The notes under the pieces were generated by a model that worked only from the letters and a program-made list of their open reading frames with translations, was not told the DNA's origin and searched no databases. The position numbers and the translations under genes are program-made. From Archangium sp. (lineage in GTDB: Bacteria; Myxococcota; Myxococcia; Myxococcales; Myxococcaceae), in contig NZ_JBJMQO010000130.1 in assembly GCF_045802675.1 (NCBI RefSeq), forward strand, positions 22,550-86,549: 64,000 bases of DNA, read 5' to 3'. Positions 48,332 through 58,329 of the stretch are shown here, one piece after another; position 1 is the first letter of the stretch, and every line of letters begins with the position of its first letter.

Positions 48332-51300
48332 ATGTACTGCTCGTCCTGTCGCCAGGAGCGTCTCGGCGGCCTGCTCTGCGCCGCATGCGGCAAGGCCATG
48401 GCCCCGCGCCCTCGCGAGGTCCTCGAACAAGAGCTCGCCCACGTCCACTTCCTCCTCGGGGAAATGCAGGCGTGGGACTCCACCTACGTCCCCAAGGGCG
48501 CCCGGACCTACCTCAGCCAGCGCTACGAGCGGCAGGCCCGCATCCTGCTCTCCGTGATCGCCGAGTCCCCCGCGGCCCCCGCTCCCGTGCGCGCTGAGAC
48601 GGTGCAGGCGCCCGAGGTCGAGCCGGCTCCAGAGGTGGAGACTCCCGCTCCCGCTCCAGAGCCGGTGCGTCCTCCGGTCGTCCTCGAAGTGGCGGGGGAG
48701 CGCGAAGCTCCTTCGGAGGCCGCGGCTCGCGTCGCCCGGGGCTTCGATGAGGCCTCGGAGCCGGCTTCGGCTCCAGCTTCGGCCGAGTCCGTTGACGGGG
48801 ATCCGGCTCGAGAGGCCCGGTACCCTCACCCCGACCCTCTCCCGGAGGGCGAGGGGGTGGAGGCACGGCTTCCTCCCATTGTCACCGAGCCCCTCTTCGA
48901 GGCTCCTCCTCCTCGCACCGTCACCGCTCGCATCGTCGAGGAGGTCTCCACCTGGGACACCGTCTGGCGCCCCTTCCTCTACGAGAGCATCGGCTGGTTC
49001 ATCGGCGCCTTCCTCATCGTCGCCGGCTCCCTCTATCTCGCCTTCGATAGCTGGGCGGGCCTCACCTCCTTCTCCCGCTCGCTCGTCGTCTTCGGCATGA
49101 CCGCGGGCTACTCCGCCGCCTTCTCCATCTGCGGCTCCCTGCTCGCCCGCCGCGAGGCGCTCGCCGGTGCGGGCCGCATCCTCGGCCTCATCGGCGCCGC
49201 CGTGGCTCCGCTCGCGGGCGTCGCGCTCGGGCCCCTCGACAGTCTCAGCCTCGAGGGCGTTCCGCTCGCGCTCCTCCTTCCCTTGCTGCTCGGTTGGTCG
49301 GTGGGCGCCGCCGTCCTCGTGCGCAAGCCCGCCGAGTCCTTCGACGCGCCCTCCCGTCCCTTCGTCCAGCTCGCGTTGGTGGGCACCACGTTGATGATGG
49401 GGCTCGCCCCGCTCTTCGCGCGTGTAGGCGCCCTGGCGTCCTGGCTCGACGTGCTGCCCTGTGCCCTCTTCTTCGTCCTCTCGCGCCGGGCCGTGCCCGA
49501 GCCCCGGAACAACAAGGCGCTCGCCTTCGTCCTGGCCGCGCCGCTCTACCTGATGCTGCTCTACGCGGTGCGCCTGCACGTGGCGCTCTCCGCCGCCGGG
49601 GTGGCTCCCTCCTTCGGGGGTTACGCCCCGTTCCTCGCCTTCCTGCTCGCCGCGTGCCTCGGCTTCCGCCAGCTCCCGCCGGACGAGGCCGCGGATTCAC
49701 TCTCGGTGAGCGTCGCCTCGCTCCAGGTGGCCTGCCTCGCGCTCGCGGCCACGGGCTCGCCTCCGGCCTTCTTCTTCACCGCCGCCGTCTTCACCTGGAC
49801 CGTGTTCGGCCTCTCCCGTGGCGAGCTGCCCCGGGTGAGCTGGTTGTATGCCGTCTATGCCGGCGCGTACTTCGCCTATGCCTCCGCGGGTCAGCTCGTC
49901 CCCGGCGCCGTGCAGGCCCTGATCGACTCGCTCAAGGCCTCGCTCGGCTACCCCGTGTCCGGTGCGCTCCCGTTCCAGTACGGGGCCCTCACGGCCGTGC
50001 CCTTCGTGCTCGCGGGCTCCGTCCTCGCCGGAAGGCTGCTCGCCCGAGAGGAGCGGACCGGCTCGGAGCGTGACGCTCAGAGCGCCGAGGTGCTCCTGCG
50101 CTCCACCGCCATCGCCAGCGGGCTCTTCGTCCTGCTCGGGCACTCGTCGGGTGCTGACTTGCGCCCGGGCTTCTGGACCGCGCTCGGGCTCATGGTCGTG
50201 TGCGTGGCCAGTGGGCTGCTCTACGAGCGCCTCTATCTGTCCATCGTCGGCGCGGCGCTCACCGTTCCCCTGTCGTTCTCCGCCTATGCCCTCTTCGGCT
50301 ATGCGGGGGCCTGCCTCGTGTGCGGTGGGGTGGCGCTCGCCTTCGCCGGGCTGTCGCTCGTCTGCACCCGCGACACGCGCCTGAACTTCAGCGTCGCGGT
50401 GGGGTGGCTCTCGCTCATCGGCTTCGCGTATGGCCTCAACGCAGGCCCCACGGTGTCCGCTCTGGTGGGCCTGGTGCTCTGCGGCGCCGCCGGGCTCCTC
50501 GTGGCGTGGAACCTCGCCAATCCCTACCTGCTCGCCGTCGCCGCCTTCGCGGCCGCGGCCGTGGTGCCCAAGCTCGCCAGCCTCGTCGATCCCTCGTGGG
50601 TGCCCGTGGCGCTCGCCGTCTCGGCGCTGGGGCTCGCGGGCCTCGGGGAGCTCGGGGGCCGGGCGCGGCTGCTCGGCTGGCCCGGCATCGCGTATGCCCT
50701 CCTGGCGTTCGGCTGGGGCTTCTCCATCGGAGTGCCCTGGTTCGGCGTCACCGTCCTCCTGGCCGCCGCCGCAGTGGCCGTGGCCTCGCGACTCACCCCC
50801 GTGGTGCGTCCGCTCGCCGTCGTCCTTGCCGGCTTCGCGCTCCTGCCCCAGGTGGACCACGTCATCGTCTGGCCGTGGATGACGCCGGCCCTGTCCGTGG
50901 CCCTCTTCGCCCTCTGGTCGCTGGGGGCGTCCCTGGCCGCGGCGCGCTGGGGCCGCAGTGCGAGCACCCTCACCGCGGGCCTCGTGTCGCTCCTCTTCAC
51001 CGGGGCGGTGGTGGTATCGGAGACGTTCCCCTCGGTGCAGCCGTACCCGCTCACGCTCGGCGCGGCGCTCGGGGCCCTGCTCACCGCGCGCGCGCTGCAC
51101 CCGTCCGTCAGCGTCGTCGTCGCCGCGATGTGGGTCGGCTTCCATGTGTTCTACCACCTCAGTGGGCAGGAGGGGCTCGTCGCGGCCACGCTGCTGAGCC
51201 TGCTCGCCCTGCTCGAGTCGCACCGCGGGGCCTTCCGTGTCCTCGCGGGGGAGCGCCGTTTCGCGCTCGCGGCGAGCGTGTGCGCCATGCCCTTCCTGCT

Positions 51301-53806
51301 GCTCGCGAGCGTGAAGGGCTACGGTGCGCTGGTCCCGCTGGTGTTCGCCGGCACGATACTGTTGCCCCTGGTGTGGACGCGTGCCAACCGCCAGCCCTTC
51401 TTCGCGGCCCTCGCGCCGCTCTTCACCCTGGTGGTCGCGCTCCAGAAGCCCTACGCCATGCACTGGGCGGCCGCGCTGCCGCTGCTCGCGCTCGCGCTGG
51501 TGCGCGCCGCCGAGCACCTGCCGGCCGCGCGCGTCCTCCTCTTCGGCGAGGAGGATGAATCGGCCGCGCTCAAGCTGTCCGGGTGGATGCTGGCCTCGCT
51601 GACGCTGGTGGGCGTGGTGCTGGTGCCCGAGACGAAGGCCGACCCGGGGGCGCTCTCGCCGCTGGTGGCCTCGCTCGTGCTGCTGCCCGGGCCGAAGCCC
51701 TCGGTGCGCGTCGCCATCGGCGTGGGCCTGCTGCTCTTCTGCTTCCCGCTGCATCCGGTGGTCATCGGGCTGCTGCTGGCGCTCGGCTTCCTCACGCACC
51801 ACATTCCGGGCGCGCTGTGGGCCTTCTTCCGCTCGCCGCCGGACGCGTCGCTGCGGCCCGTCACGGTGGTGGGCTCGCTCGCGCTCTGCGGATGGAGCCT
51901 CGTGCTGGAGGCGCCCACGCCCGGCGCCATCACCCTGCTGGCCGGAGTGCTGCTGGTGGGGGCCTTCCTCCTGTCGCGGCGCTGGATGTTGACGGCCTCG
52001 GTGCTCACGCTCGCCGTGGCCTCGCTGGGCAAGACGCCGGAGCACGGCTTCCTCGAGTGGCGTGCGGAGTCGGCGCTGGCCTTCGCGGCGGTGGGGCTCG
52101 GCGCGGCGGTGCTGTCGGCGCTCTTCCAACTGGGGCGCATCCAGCGGGCCGCCTCGCGCTGGTCCGAGCGCCTGTCGCCGGGGCTCCCCGACACGTGGAG
52201 CGAGCCGCTGTGGAGCGCGGGGGCCATGGCTACGGTGGTGCCCGTGCTGCAGCACCTGTTGAATCAGGGGCCGGGCGGACTGCCGCTTCCGGTGGCGCTG
52301 CTGGCGGGGGGCGCCTCGGTGGTGCTGATGGTGTCGCGCGAGCGGGCCATGGCCAACGTGGCCACCGCGCTGCTGGCGGGGGTGCTCGTCGCGGTGGTGC
52401 CGCCGCTCTGGACGCCCGCGGTGGTGAGCGTCACGGGCCTGGTGCTGTGCATGGTGGGCACGTGGCTGGACGAGCGTGACGTGGACGTGGGCGCGGCGCT
52501 GCACCACGCGGGCTGGGTGCTGGCGCTGCTCGCCATCTTCGGCTTGAGGGACCTGAAGCACCCGGGCACCGCGGTCTGCCTGCTCTCCGGCATGACGACG
52601 GCCTGGGCGGTGGTGTACCGGCGCCCCGAGCGCGCGGTGGTGGGGTGGGTGGTGACGCTGCTGGGGCTGCACGGGCTGCTCGCGCACGCGGGGTCGCTCT
52701 TCTCCACCGGCAAGGGGCCCGAGCTCATCCTCCCGCTCTTCGGCGCCCTCAGCGCGCTGCTGGCCACCACGGCCCTCTTCCTCGCGCACGAGCGGGATCG
52801 CCGGGGCGTGGGCCACTCCTTCGCGGTGGTGGCCATGGCGGAGATGTTGCTCGGGCTGGTGCTGGTGCCCGGGTCGGCCGGAGTCATGCTGTCTGCCATC
52901 ATCGACTGCGTGTGCCTGGCGGTGCTCTTCTTCGCGCTGGTGCGCCGCGCCGTGCGCGAGGAGGACGAGGGCTCGGCCTTCCTCGCGCAGGCGGTGCTGG
53001 TGATGGGCTACCTGTCGGTGCGGCTGCATGCGCTGGCCGCGGGGCTGGGCCCGTCGGACAGCATCGCGGCGCTCGTGGGTGGCGCCCTCTTCTCCGGCCT
53101 CTACGTCTTCGCGCAGCGCGAGGGCGCGGGGCTGCCCGCCTTCCGCAGGCCGGCGCTGTGGGGCGCCTTCCTCTTCCCCCTGGCGGGCCTGCTCACCGCG
53201 CCGTGGGAGCAGCCGCTGTACGTGGCGGCCCTGCTGGTGGGCTATGCCGCGCACTTCGCCGCGCTCTCCGTGCACCCCTCGCAGCGCGGCGTGTCCTCGC
53301 TGGTGTCGGTGGCCGCCTTCAACGCGGCGCTCTTCCTCGTCTGGCAGGGGACGGGCGCGGGGGAGCCGCAGTTCTACGTCATCCCCGCGGGCCTCTCGCT
53401 GCTGGTGCTGCTGCGCGTCTTCCACGAGGCGCTCGAGCCGGACACACGGGCGAAGCTGCGCGCGCTGGCCATCACGCTTGTCTACGTGGCCGGGGCGTGG
53501 AAGCCGCTCATGTTCCAGGACGGCGGGGCCATGCTGCTGTGCGTCCTGCTGTGCCTGGTGGGCGTGGCCGCGGGCATGGCGCTGCGCATCCGCTCCTACG
53601 TGTACCTGGGCAGCGCCTTCCTGGTGACGTGCGTGCTGGCCAACCTCGCGCGCTTCGGCATTCGAGACCATCGCATGGGCGCGGCCTTCCTCTCGCTGCT
53701 CGGCGTGGGCGTGGTGGGCTTCATGGTGCTCTTCACCGCCAAACGCGCCGAGCTGCTGGAGCGCTACGAGCGGGTGCGCGCGATGATGTCCACCTGGGAG
53801 GGCTGA
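48332..53806 (+). CDS. Very large polytopic membrane protein with N-terminal Zn ribbon
   Basis: 1824 aa; CxxC..CxxC, Pro/Glu linker, then tens of consecutive hydrophobic helices. Confidence 0.85.
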   Translation: MYCSSCRQERLGGLLCAACGKAMAPRPREVLEQELAHVHFLLGEMQAWDSTYVPKGARTYLSQRYERQARILLSVIAESPAAPAPVRAETVQAPEVEPAPEVETPAPAPEPVRPPVVLEVAGEREAPSEAAARVARGFDEASEPASAPASAESVDGDPAREARYPHPDPLPEGEGVEARLPPIVTEPLFEAPPPRTVTARIVEEVSTWDTVWRPFLYESIGWFIGAFLIVAGSLYLAFDSWAGLTSFSRSLVVFGMTAGYSAAFSICGSLLARREALAGAGRILGLIGAAVAPLAGVALGPLDSLSLEGVPLALLLPLLLGWSVGAAVLVRKPAESFDAPSRPFVQLALVGTTLMMGLAPLFARVGALASWLDVLPCALFFVLSRRAVPEPRNNKALAFVLAAPLYLMLLYAVRLHVALSAAGVAPSFGGYAPFLAFLLAACLGFRQLPPDEAADSLSVSVASLQVACLALAATGSPPAFFFTAAVFTWTVFGLSRGELPRVSWLYAVYAGAYFAYASAGQLVPGAVQALIDSLKASLGYPVSGALPFQYGALTAVPFVLAGSVLAGRLLAREERTGSERDAQSAEVLLRSTAIASGLFVLLGHSSGADLRPGFWTALGLMVVCVASGLLYERLYLSIVGAALTVPLSFSAYALFGYAGACLVCGGVALAFAGLSLVCTRDTRLNFSVAVGWLSLIGFAYGLNAGPTVSALVGLVLCGAAGLLVAWNLANPYLLAVAAFAAAAVVPKLASLVDPSWVPVALAVSALGLAGLGELGGRARLLGWPGIAYALLAFGWGFSIGVPWFGVTVLLAAAAVAVASRLTPVVRPLAVVLAGFALLPQVDHVIVWPWMTPALSVALFALWSLGASLAAARWGRSASTLTAGLVSLLFTGAVVVSETFPSVQPYPLTLGAALGALLTARALHPSVSVVVAAMWVGFHVFYHLSGQEGLVAATLLSLLALLESHRGAFRVLAGERRFALAASVCAMPFLLLASVKGYGALVPLVFAGTILLPLVWTRANRQPFFAALAPLFTLVVALQKPYAMHWAAALPLLALALVRAAEHLPAARVLLFGEEDESAALKLSGWMLASLTLVGVVLVPETKADPGALSPLVASLVLLPGPKPSVRVAIGVGLLLFCFPLHPVVIGLLLALGFLTHHIPGALWAFFRSPPDASLRPVTVVGSLALCGWSLVLEAPTPGAITLLAGVLLVGAFLLSRRWMLTASVLTLAVASLGKTPEHGFLEWRAESALAFAAVGLGAAVLSALFQLGRIQRAASRWSERLSPGLPDTWSEPLWSAGAMATVVPVLQHLLNQGPGGLPLPVALLAGGASVVLMVSRERAMANVATALLAGVLVAVVPPLWTPAVVSVTGLVLCMVGTWLDERDVDVGAALHHAGWVLALLAIFGLRDLKHPGTAVCLLSGMTTAWAVVYRRPERAVVGWVVTLLGLHGLLAHAGSLFSTGKGPELILPLFGALSALLATTALFLAHERDRRGVGHSFAVVAMAEMLLGLVLVPGSAGVMLSAIIDCVCLAVLFFALVRRAVREEDEGSAFLAQAVLVMGYLSVRLHALAAGLGPSDSIAALVGGALFSGLYVFAQREGAGLPAFRRPALWGAFLFPLAGLLTAPWEQPLYVAALLVGYAAHFAALSVHPSQRGVSSLVSVAAFNAALFLVWQGTGAGEPQFYVIPAGLSLLVLLRVFHEALEPDTRAKLRALAITLVYVAGAWKPLMFQDGGAMLLCVLLCLVGVAAGMALRIRSYVYLGSAFLVTCVLANLARFGIRDHRMGAAFLSLLGVGVVGFMVLFTAKRAELLERYERVRAMMSTWEG
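48823..48856 (+). repeat. REP-like palindromic element inside a CDS
   Basis: CCCTCACCCCGACCCTCTCCCGGAGGGCGAGGGG, recognised from memory as a dispersed repeat of myxobacteria; hairpin 48835-48855. Confidence 0.6.
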
Positions 53807-53882
53807 AGCATCGTCCCATGGGGCCGGCTGGAGTCCGCTGGCCCGCGAGGTGCAATTCCTCTCCGCCGAGGGGGAGGAGAGA

Positions 53883-55166
53883 ATGGGGACGGGACGAGGC
53901 GCGGCGCTGCTGGTGTGTCTGGGGGTAATCCTCGTGGCCGGGTGCGGACCCACCGGTGACGAGGGGGAAATTTCCTTCCCACCCTCCGACCCCGGCACGG
54001 ACACCTGTGCCGAAGCCATGGGCCCCGGTGGGCTCCAGGTGGCCCCCGTGTGCTCCGAGCCCGAGCCGGCTCCGCCACCGTCCGCGCCACCGTCCGAGCC
54101 ACCTCCCGCGGCCTACGTCTTCCAACCGGGCTTCCACCTGGCGCTGCGCTGGTCCCACGCGGTGGGCGGCACCACCACGTTCCGCCTGCGCGTGCCGGTG
54201 CACCGGGCCGGGCCCCGGGTGCGGCTCGCCTTCCGCTCGGGGGATGGGGCCCTGGTGCTGCGCCGGGTCACCGTCGCCCGGGCGGGCCCCGAGGCCTCGC
54301 TGGCCTCCGAGCCGGTGCCGGTGACGTTCTCCGGCGCGCCCGGCGTCTCCGTGGGTACGCGCACGCGCGTGGTGTCCGACCCCGTGTCCTTCCCCGTGCG
54401 CTTTGGGGACGAGCTGGCGGTGTCCTTCGAGGTGCAGGGCGAGCTCGCCGCGAGCGCCATCGAGCTGCTCCCCGGCAGCGCCATGCGCCCGGGTGCCTGG
54501 GCCACCACGCCGGGGCCGCTGGGAGGCTCACCCTGGGCGGTGCCGGTGGGGCTGGCCACCGTGGACGTGGAGGGCCCTCCCTCGCGTGCCTTCGTCGCCC
54601 TGGGTGACAGCATCACCGAGGGCTACATCACCGGCCACGACGACCTGCGCGACACCTGGTCCTTCCGGGCCAGCGCCGAGCTCGGCGTGCCCATCGTCAA
54701 CGCGGGTGTCTCCGGTCAGGGCTTCTACGATGCGCTGCGGTTGCTGGACGGGGAGGCGCTCGTGTTGTCTGGCATTACCGACTGCATCGTCCTGCTGGGC
54801 ACCAATGACTTGAGCGGCGTCCCGGACAGCAAGCTCCAGGAGGACATGGTGCAACTGACGGAGCGGCTGAAGCCCTTCTGCCGCACCTGGGTCGGCACCC
54901 TGCTACCCAAGGAGTCCGCCAGCAACGGCAAATACGAGCAGGTGAAGGCGAGCCGCCTGGTGCTGAATGACTGGATACGGGCCCACCGGCAGCCGGACGT
55001 CATCGACTTCGAGGCGGTGACGCACGCGCCCGACAACGTGCACCTCTTCATCGACGGGTTGGCTGTGGATGGCATCCACCCGAATGCCGCTGGCCACCGG
55101 GTGATGGCCTCGGAGGTGGTGCGCGTGCTGCGCTCCGAGGGCGTGCTGCCACAGCCAGCACCCTGA
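53883..55166 (+). CDS. SGNH/GDSL hydrolase lipoprotein
   Basis: GDSITEG, NAGVSG, LGTND, DGIHP blocks; VAGC lipobox. Confidence 0.9.
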   Translation: MGTGRGAALLVCLGVILVAGCGPTGDEGEISFPPSDPGTDTCAEAMGPGGLQVAPVCSEPEPAPPPSAPPSEPPPAAYVFQPGFHLALRWSHAVGGTTTFRLRVPVHRAGPRVRLAFRSGDGALVLRRVTVARAGPEASLASEPVPVTFSGAPGVSVGTRTRVVSDPVSFPVRFGDELAVSFEVQGELAASAIELLPGSAMRPGAWATTPGPLGGSPWAVPVGLATVDVEGPPSRAFVALGDSITEGYITGHDDLRDTWSFRASAELGVPIVNAGVSGQGFYDALRLLDGEALVLSGITDCIVLLGTNDLSGVPDSKLQEDMVQLTERLKPFCRTWVGTLLPKESASNGKYEQVKASRLVLNDWIRAHRQPDVIDFEAVTHAPDNVHLFIDGLAVDGIHPNAAGHRVMASEVVRVLRSEGVLPQPAP

Positions 55167-55308
55167 GTGTCATGGTCTCACGGCTCGAGAAGGCTCGAAT
55201 CACAGACGTCGGACGGCGAACATCTCGGGGGCCGCTTCCGGGGCCGTCCTCCAGCGGGCCGGTATGTTCGATGAGCCGCTGTGAGCCGCGCGGACGGGGA
55301 GGAGAGCC

Positions 55309-56907
55309 ATGCGGGGGCGCGAAGTCGTCGTACAGGCGCCAGTGCGCCAGGAGGCGGAGCTGTTCCGGCGTCTCCTCGACGCGCTGCCGTACCCCATCTT
55401 CTGGAAGGGGAGGGACTTGCGCTACCTCGGGTGCAACGCGGCGTTCGCGCGGGTGGCCGGCCGGGCGCACCCCGACGAGGTGGTGGGGCTGAGCGACTAC
55501 GAGCTGCCCTGGCGCAAGGAGGACTCGGACTTCTACCGGGCGTGTGACCGGCAGGTGCTGGAGTCGGGCGTGCCGCTGTCGGATTGCGAGGAGCCCATCC
55601 GGGGTGGCGACGGCCGGCCGCGCTGGACCCAGACGAGCAAGGTGCCGCTGCGCGACGAGCACGGCGCGCTCTTCGGGGTGCTCGGCATCCTCATCGACGT
55701 CACCGCGAGGCGCGAGGCGCAGGAGCAGCTCCAGGTGGCGCTGGCCGCGGGGGACGCGGCCAACCGCCTGTTGAAGGCGCAGGTGGCCGAGCGCGAGGCC
55801 ATGCAGCGGGCCCTGGCCACGAGCGAGATGCGGCTGCGCACGGCGGTGCGCGGCGCGCAGCTGGCCATCTGGGCGTTGGATGCGGCGGGCACCTTCACCT
55901 TCATGGATGGAGGGGCATTCGGGGCGCTGGGCCTGGAGCCGGGCTTCCTCGCGGGCCAGTCCATCTTCGAAGTGTTCGGCGAGCATCCGGACATCCCCGA
56001 GCAGGTGCGGCGGGCGCTGGCGGGCGAGTCCTTCACCGGCTACGTCTCCTTCCCCGGCTTCCATTACGAGACGCGCTACACGCCGGTGTACGACGAGGCC
56101 GGCACGCTGACGGGCGCCATTGGCCTCGCGTTGGATGTCACCGAGCGCGTGCACTACCACGAGCTGCTGGAGCGGGAATTGGAGCGCACGCGCGCGCAGC
56201 TGCTGCAGGTGGAGCGGCTGGCGACGCTGGGCACGCTGGCGGCCGGCGTGGGGCACGAGCTGCGCAACATCTCCACCGTGCTCAACAGCCTGAGGACGTA
56301 CTTCACCGAGTGCGCCCAGCGTGGCGTGCCGCCGGAGCCCGCGGAGCTCGAGGAGCTGGGCTGGGCCTGCGAGCACGTGGCCACGCACGGGCGGCACCTG
56401 ATGGACCTGGGCCGGCCCGGACGCGCCGCGCCGGAGCGGGTGGATCTGCGCGAGCTGGTGTCGGGCACGCTGGCCATGCTGCGCACGGCGGGCATCACCA
56501 AACACCTCCAGGTGTCGTCCTCGGCGCCCGATGCTCCCCTCTGGGTGGAGACGAGCCGGACGCGCGTGGAGCAGGTGCTGCTCAACCTGGTGAGCAACGC
56601 CGCGGACGCGGTGGAGGCGGTGCACGGCCGGCCCGCGGAGGTGCGCGTGCGCCTCTTCGAGGACAGCGCCGCGGGTTTCGCCTGCTGCCGCGTGGAGGAC
56701 ACCGGGGTGGGCATGGCCCCGGACACGCTCGCCTCCATCTTCGAGCCGTGGTTCACCACCAAGCCCCCGGGCCGCGGCACCGGCCTGGGGCTGCCCGTGG
56801 TGCGCACCATCCTCCAGGAGTACGGCGGGGACCTCGCCGTGGAGAGCCAGCCGGGAGAGGGCAGTGCCTTCACCTTCCGGCTGCCCCTGGCGCTCCGTCC
56901 GTCCTGA
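55309..56907 (+). CDS. Cytoplasmic PAS-PAS sensor histidine kinase (orphan)
   Basis: Two PAS domains; H-box GHELRN; NLVSNA, DTGVG, FTTK, GTGLGL. Confidence 0.93.
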   Translation: MRGREVVVQAPVRQEAELFRRLLDALPYPIFWKGRDLRYLGCNAAFARVAGRAHPDEVVGLSDYELPWRKEDSDFYRACDRQVLESGVPLSDCEEPIRGGDGRPRWTQTSKVPLRDEHGALFGVLGILIDVTARREAQEQLQVALAAGDAANRLLKAQVAEREAMQRALATSEMRLRTAVRGAQLAIWALDAAGTFTFMDGGAFGALGLEPGFLAGQSIFEVFGEHPDIPEQVRRALAGESFTGYVSFPGFHYETRYTPVYDEAGTLTGAIGLALDVTERVHYHELLERELERTRAQLLQVERLATLGTLAAGVGHELRNISTVLNSLRTYFTECAQRGVPPEPAELEELGWACEHVATHGRHLMDLGRPGRAAPERVDLRELVSGTLAMLRTAGITKHLQVSSSAPDAPLWVETSRTRVEQVLLNLVSNAADAVEAVHGRPAEVRVRLFEDSAAGFACCRVEDTGVGMAPDTLASIFEPWFTTKPPGRGTGLGLPVVRTILQEYGGDLAVESQPGEGSAFTFRLPLALRPS

Positions 56908-57008
56908 CGGCCGGGCAGCGGGGCCATGCCAACGCCTGGCCGTAGAGGGTGCAGGCGGGGGCGGGGGTGGATAATGTCGCCCCCCCTCCGTCGCCCAGGG
57001 ATGTCCGC

Positions 57009-57812
57009 ATGCGCCGTCTGCTCCTCGTTCCGGTGTGTCTCCTCGCCGCCTGTGCCGGCACCGCGCCCGCGCGCCGTCCGGCCACCGGCCCGGTGCCGCC
57101 CGCTCCGGTGGCCCCCGCGTCCGAGCCGGTGTCCGAGGCCTCGCGGATGGAGACGATGGAGAGCCGGGCCGCCTCCCTGGAGGCCGCGGCGCGGGCGCTG
57201 AGCGCCACGGTGGAGGCCGCGCGGGCCCTCTCCGGGGCCACCAGCCTCCGGGCCTCGCTCGCGGCGGGGGCGGGCGCTCCCTCGCGCGTCGCGTCCCTCA
57301 TCGTCGCGCGCGCGGTGCGACTGGTGGGGGTGAAGCAGCTCGGCCGCGTGGACCGGGGCGTCCCGGATGATTGCTCCGGCCTCGTGCGGCTCGCCTACCT
57401 CGAGGGCGGCATCGACCTGGTCAACCACGGCTTCCTCAATGGGGAGAATGCCGTCACCGCCATCTACCGCCGCGCCGAGACCCGGGGCGCCCTCCACCAC
57501 CACCGCCCCCGCCCCGGGGACCTCGTCTTCTTCCGCGAGACGTATGACCGCAACCGCGATGGCAAGCGCAACGACGGGTTGACCCACATCGCCGTCGTCG
57601 AGAGCGTGGAGCGGGACGGCACCGTCACCTTCATCCACCGGGGCAGCAAGGGCATTGCCCGCTCGCGCCTCAACCTCTTCTTCCCGCGCACCCACCGCAT
57701 CGGCCAGGACGGGCCCGTGCTCAATGACTTTCTTCGCGCCGCGTCCCAGGGCCAGCGCGCCTGGCTGACGGGCGAGCTCCTCGTCGGCTTCGCCTCTCCC
57801 GGACCGCTGTAG
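57009..57812 (+). CDS. NlpC/P60 (CHAP-like) peptidoglycan hydrolase lipoprotein
   Basis: LAAC lipobox; DCSGLV, PGDLVFF, THIAVV motifs. Confidence 0.85.
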   Translation: MRRLLLVPVCLLAACAGTAPARRPATGPVPPAPVAPASEPVSEASRMETMESRAASLEAAARALSATVEAARALSGATSLRASLAAGAGAPSRVASLIVARAVRLVGVKQLGRVDRGVPDDCSGLVRLAYLEGGIDLVNHGFLNGENAVTAIYRRAETRGALHHHRPRPGDLVFFRETYDRNRDGKRNDGLTHIAVVESVERDGTVTFIHRGSKGIARSRLNLFFPRTHRIGQDGPVLNDFLRAASQGQRAWLTGELLVGFASPGPL

Positions 57813-57836
57813 GACGGGCGGCGTCCGTGTGGGCTC

Positions 57837-57858
57837 GAAGACAGACTTGAAGACAGAC
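57837..57858 (+). promoter_or_regulatory. Tandem direct repeat GAAGACAGAC-TT-GAAGACAGAC, putative regulator site
   Basis: Perfect 10-bp direct repeat with 12-bp period in a 60-bp intergenic gap. Confidence 0.4.
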
Positions 57859-57872
57859 GCCACTCATGCGTT

Positions 57873-58298
57873 ATGAGCGGCATGCGAAATCTTCTGCTCC
57901 TCGGAGTGCTCTGCCTCGCACCGGGCTGCGTGCTGCACACCGGCCATGGCCACTACCCACTTCCTGGCCCCCAGCCCGCGCCCCGGCCGCGCGCCATGTC
58001 CTATGACGAGGCCGTGTCGCTCGGCCTGGGCCAGTGCCGCTCGCGCGGCTACCAGTGCGAGCTCAAGGAAGCCCACATGACGGGCAACGACGTGTGGAAG
58101 GTGAAGTTCCGCGCCTTCGCCTCCGGCGGCGGCAAGGGCCACCTGCACATCGACTACGACGCCTACAGCCGCGCCATCCTCACGCTCGACGACAAGGTGA
58201 AGGGCCGGGAGAAGGATTGGGACGACGACGACGACGATGACCACGGGCACGGCCATGGCCACGGGAAGAAGAAGGGCCATGCGAAGTGGGAGGACTGA
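57873..58298 (+). CDS. PepSY-like lipoprotein with Asp/His-rich tail
   Basis: APGC lipobox; DDDDDDDHGHGHGHG C-terminus. Confidence 0.7.
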   Translation: MSGMRNLLLLGVLCLAPGCVLHTGHGHYPLPGPQPAPRPRAMSYDEAVSLGLGQCRSRGYQCELKEAHMTGNDVWKVKFRAFASGGGKGHLHIDYDAYSRAILTLDDKVKGREKDWDDDDDDDHGHGHGHGKKKGHAKWED

Positions 58299-58329
58299 CG
58301 GACGCTGAGCCGGCGCGAGGCCGGGACGC

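Noticed and set aside
49697-54019. 1440-aa minus-strand ORF
   Set aside because: Antisense shadow of the membrane-protein gene in GC-rich DNA; His/Arg/Gln-rich with no motifs.
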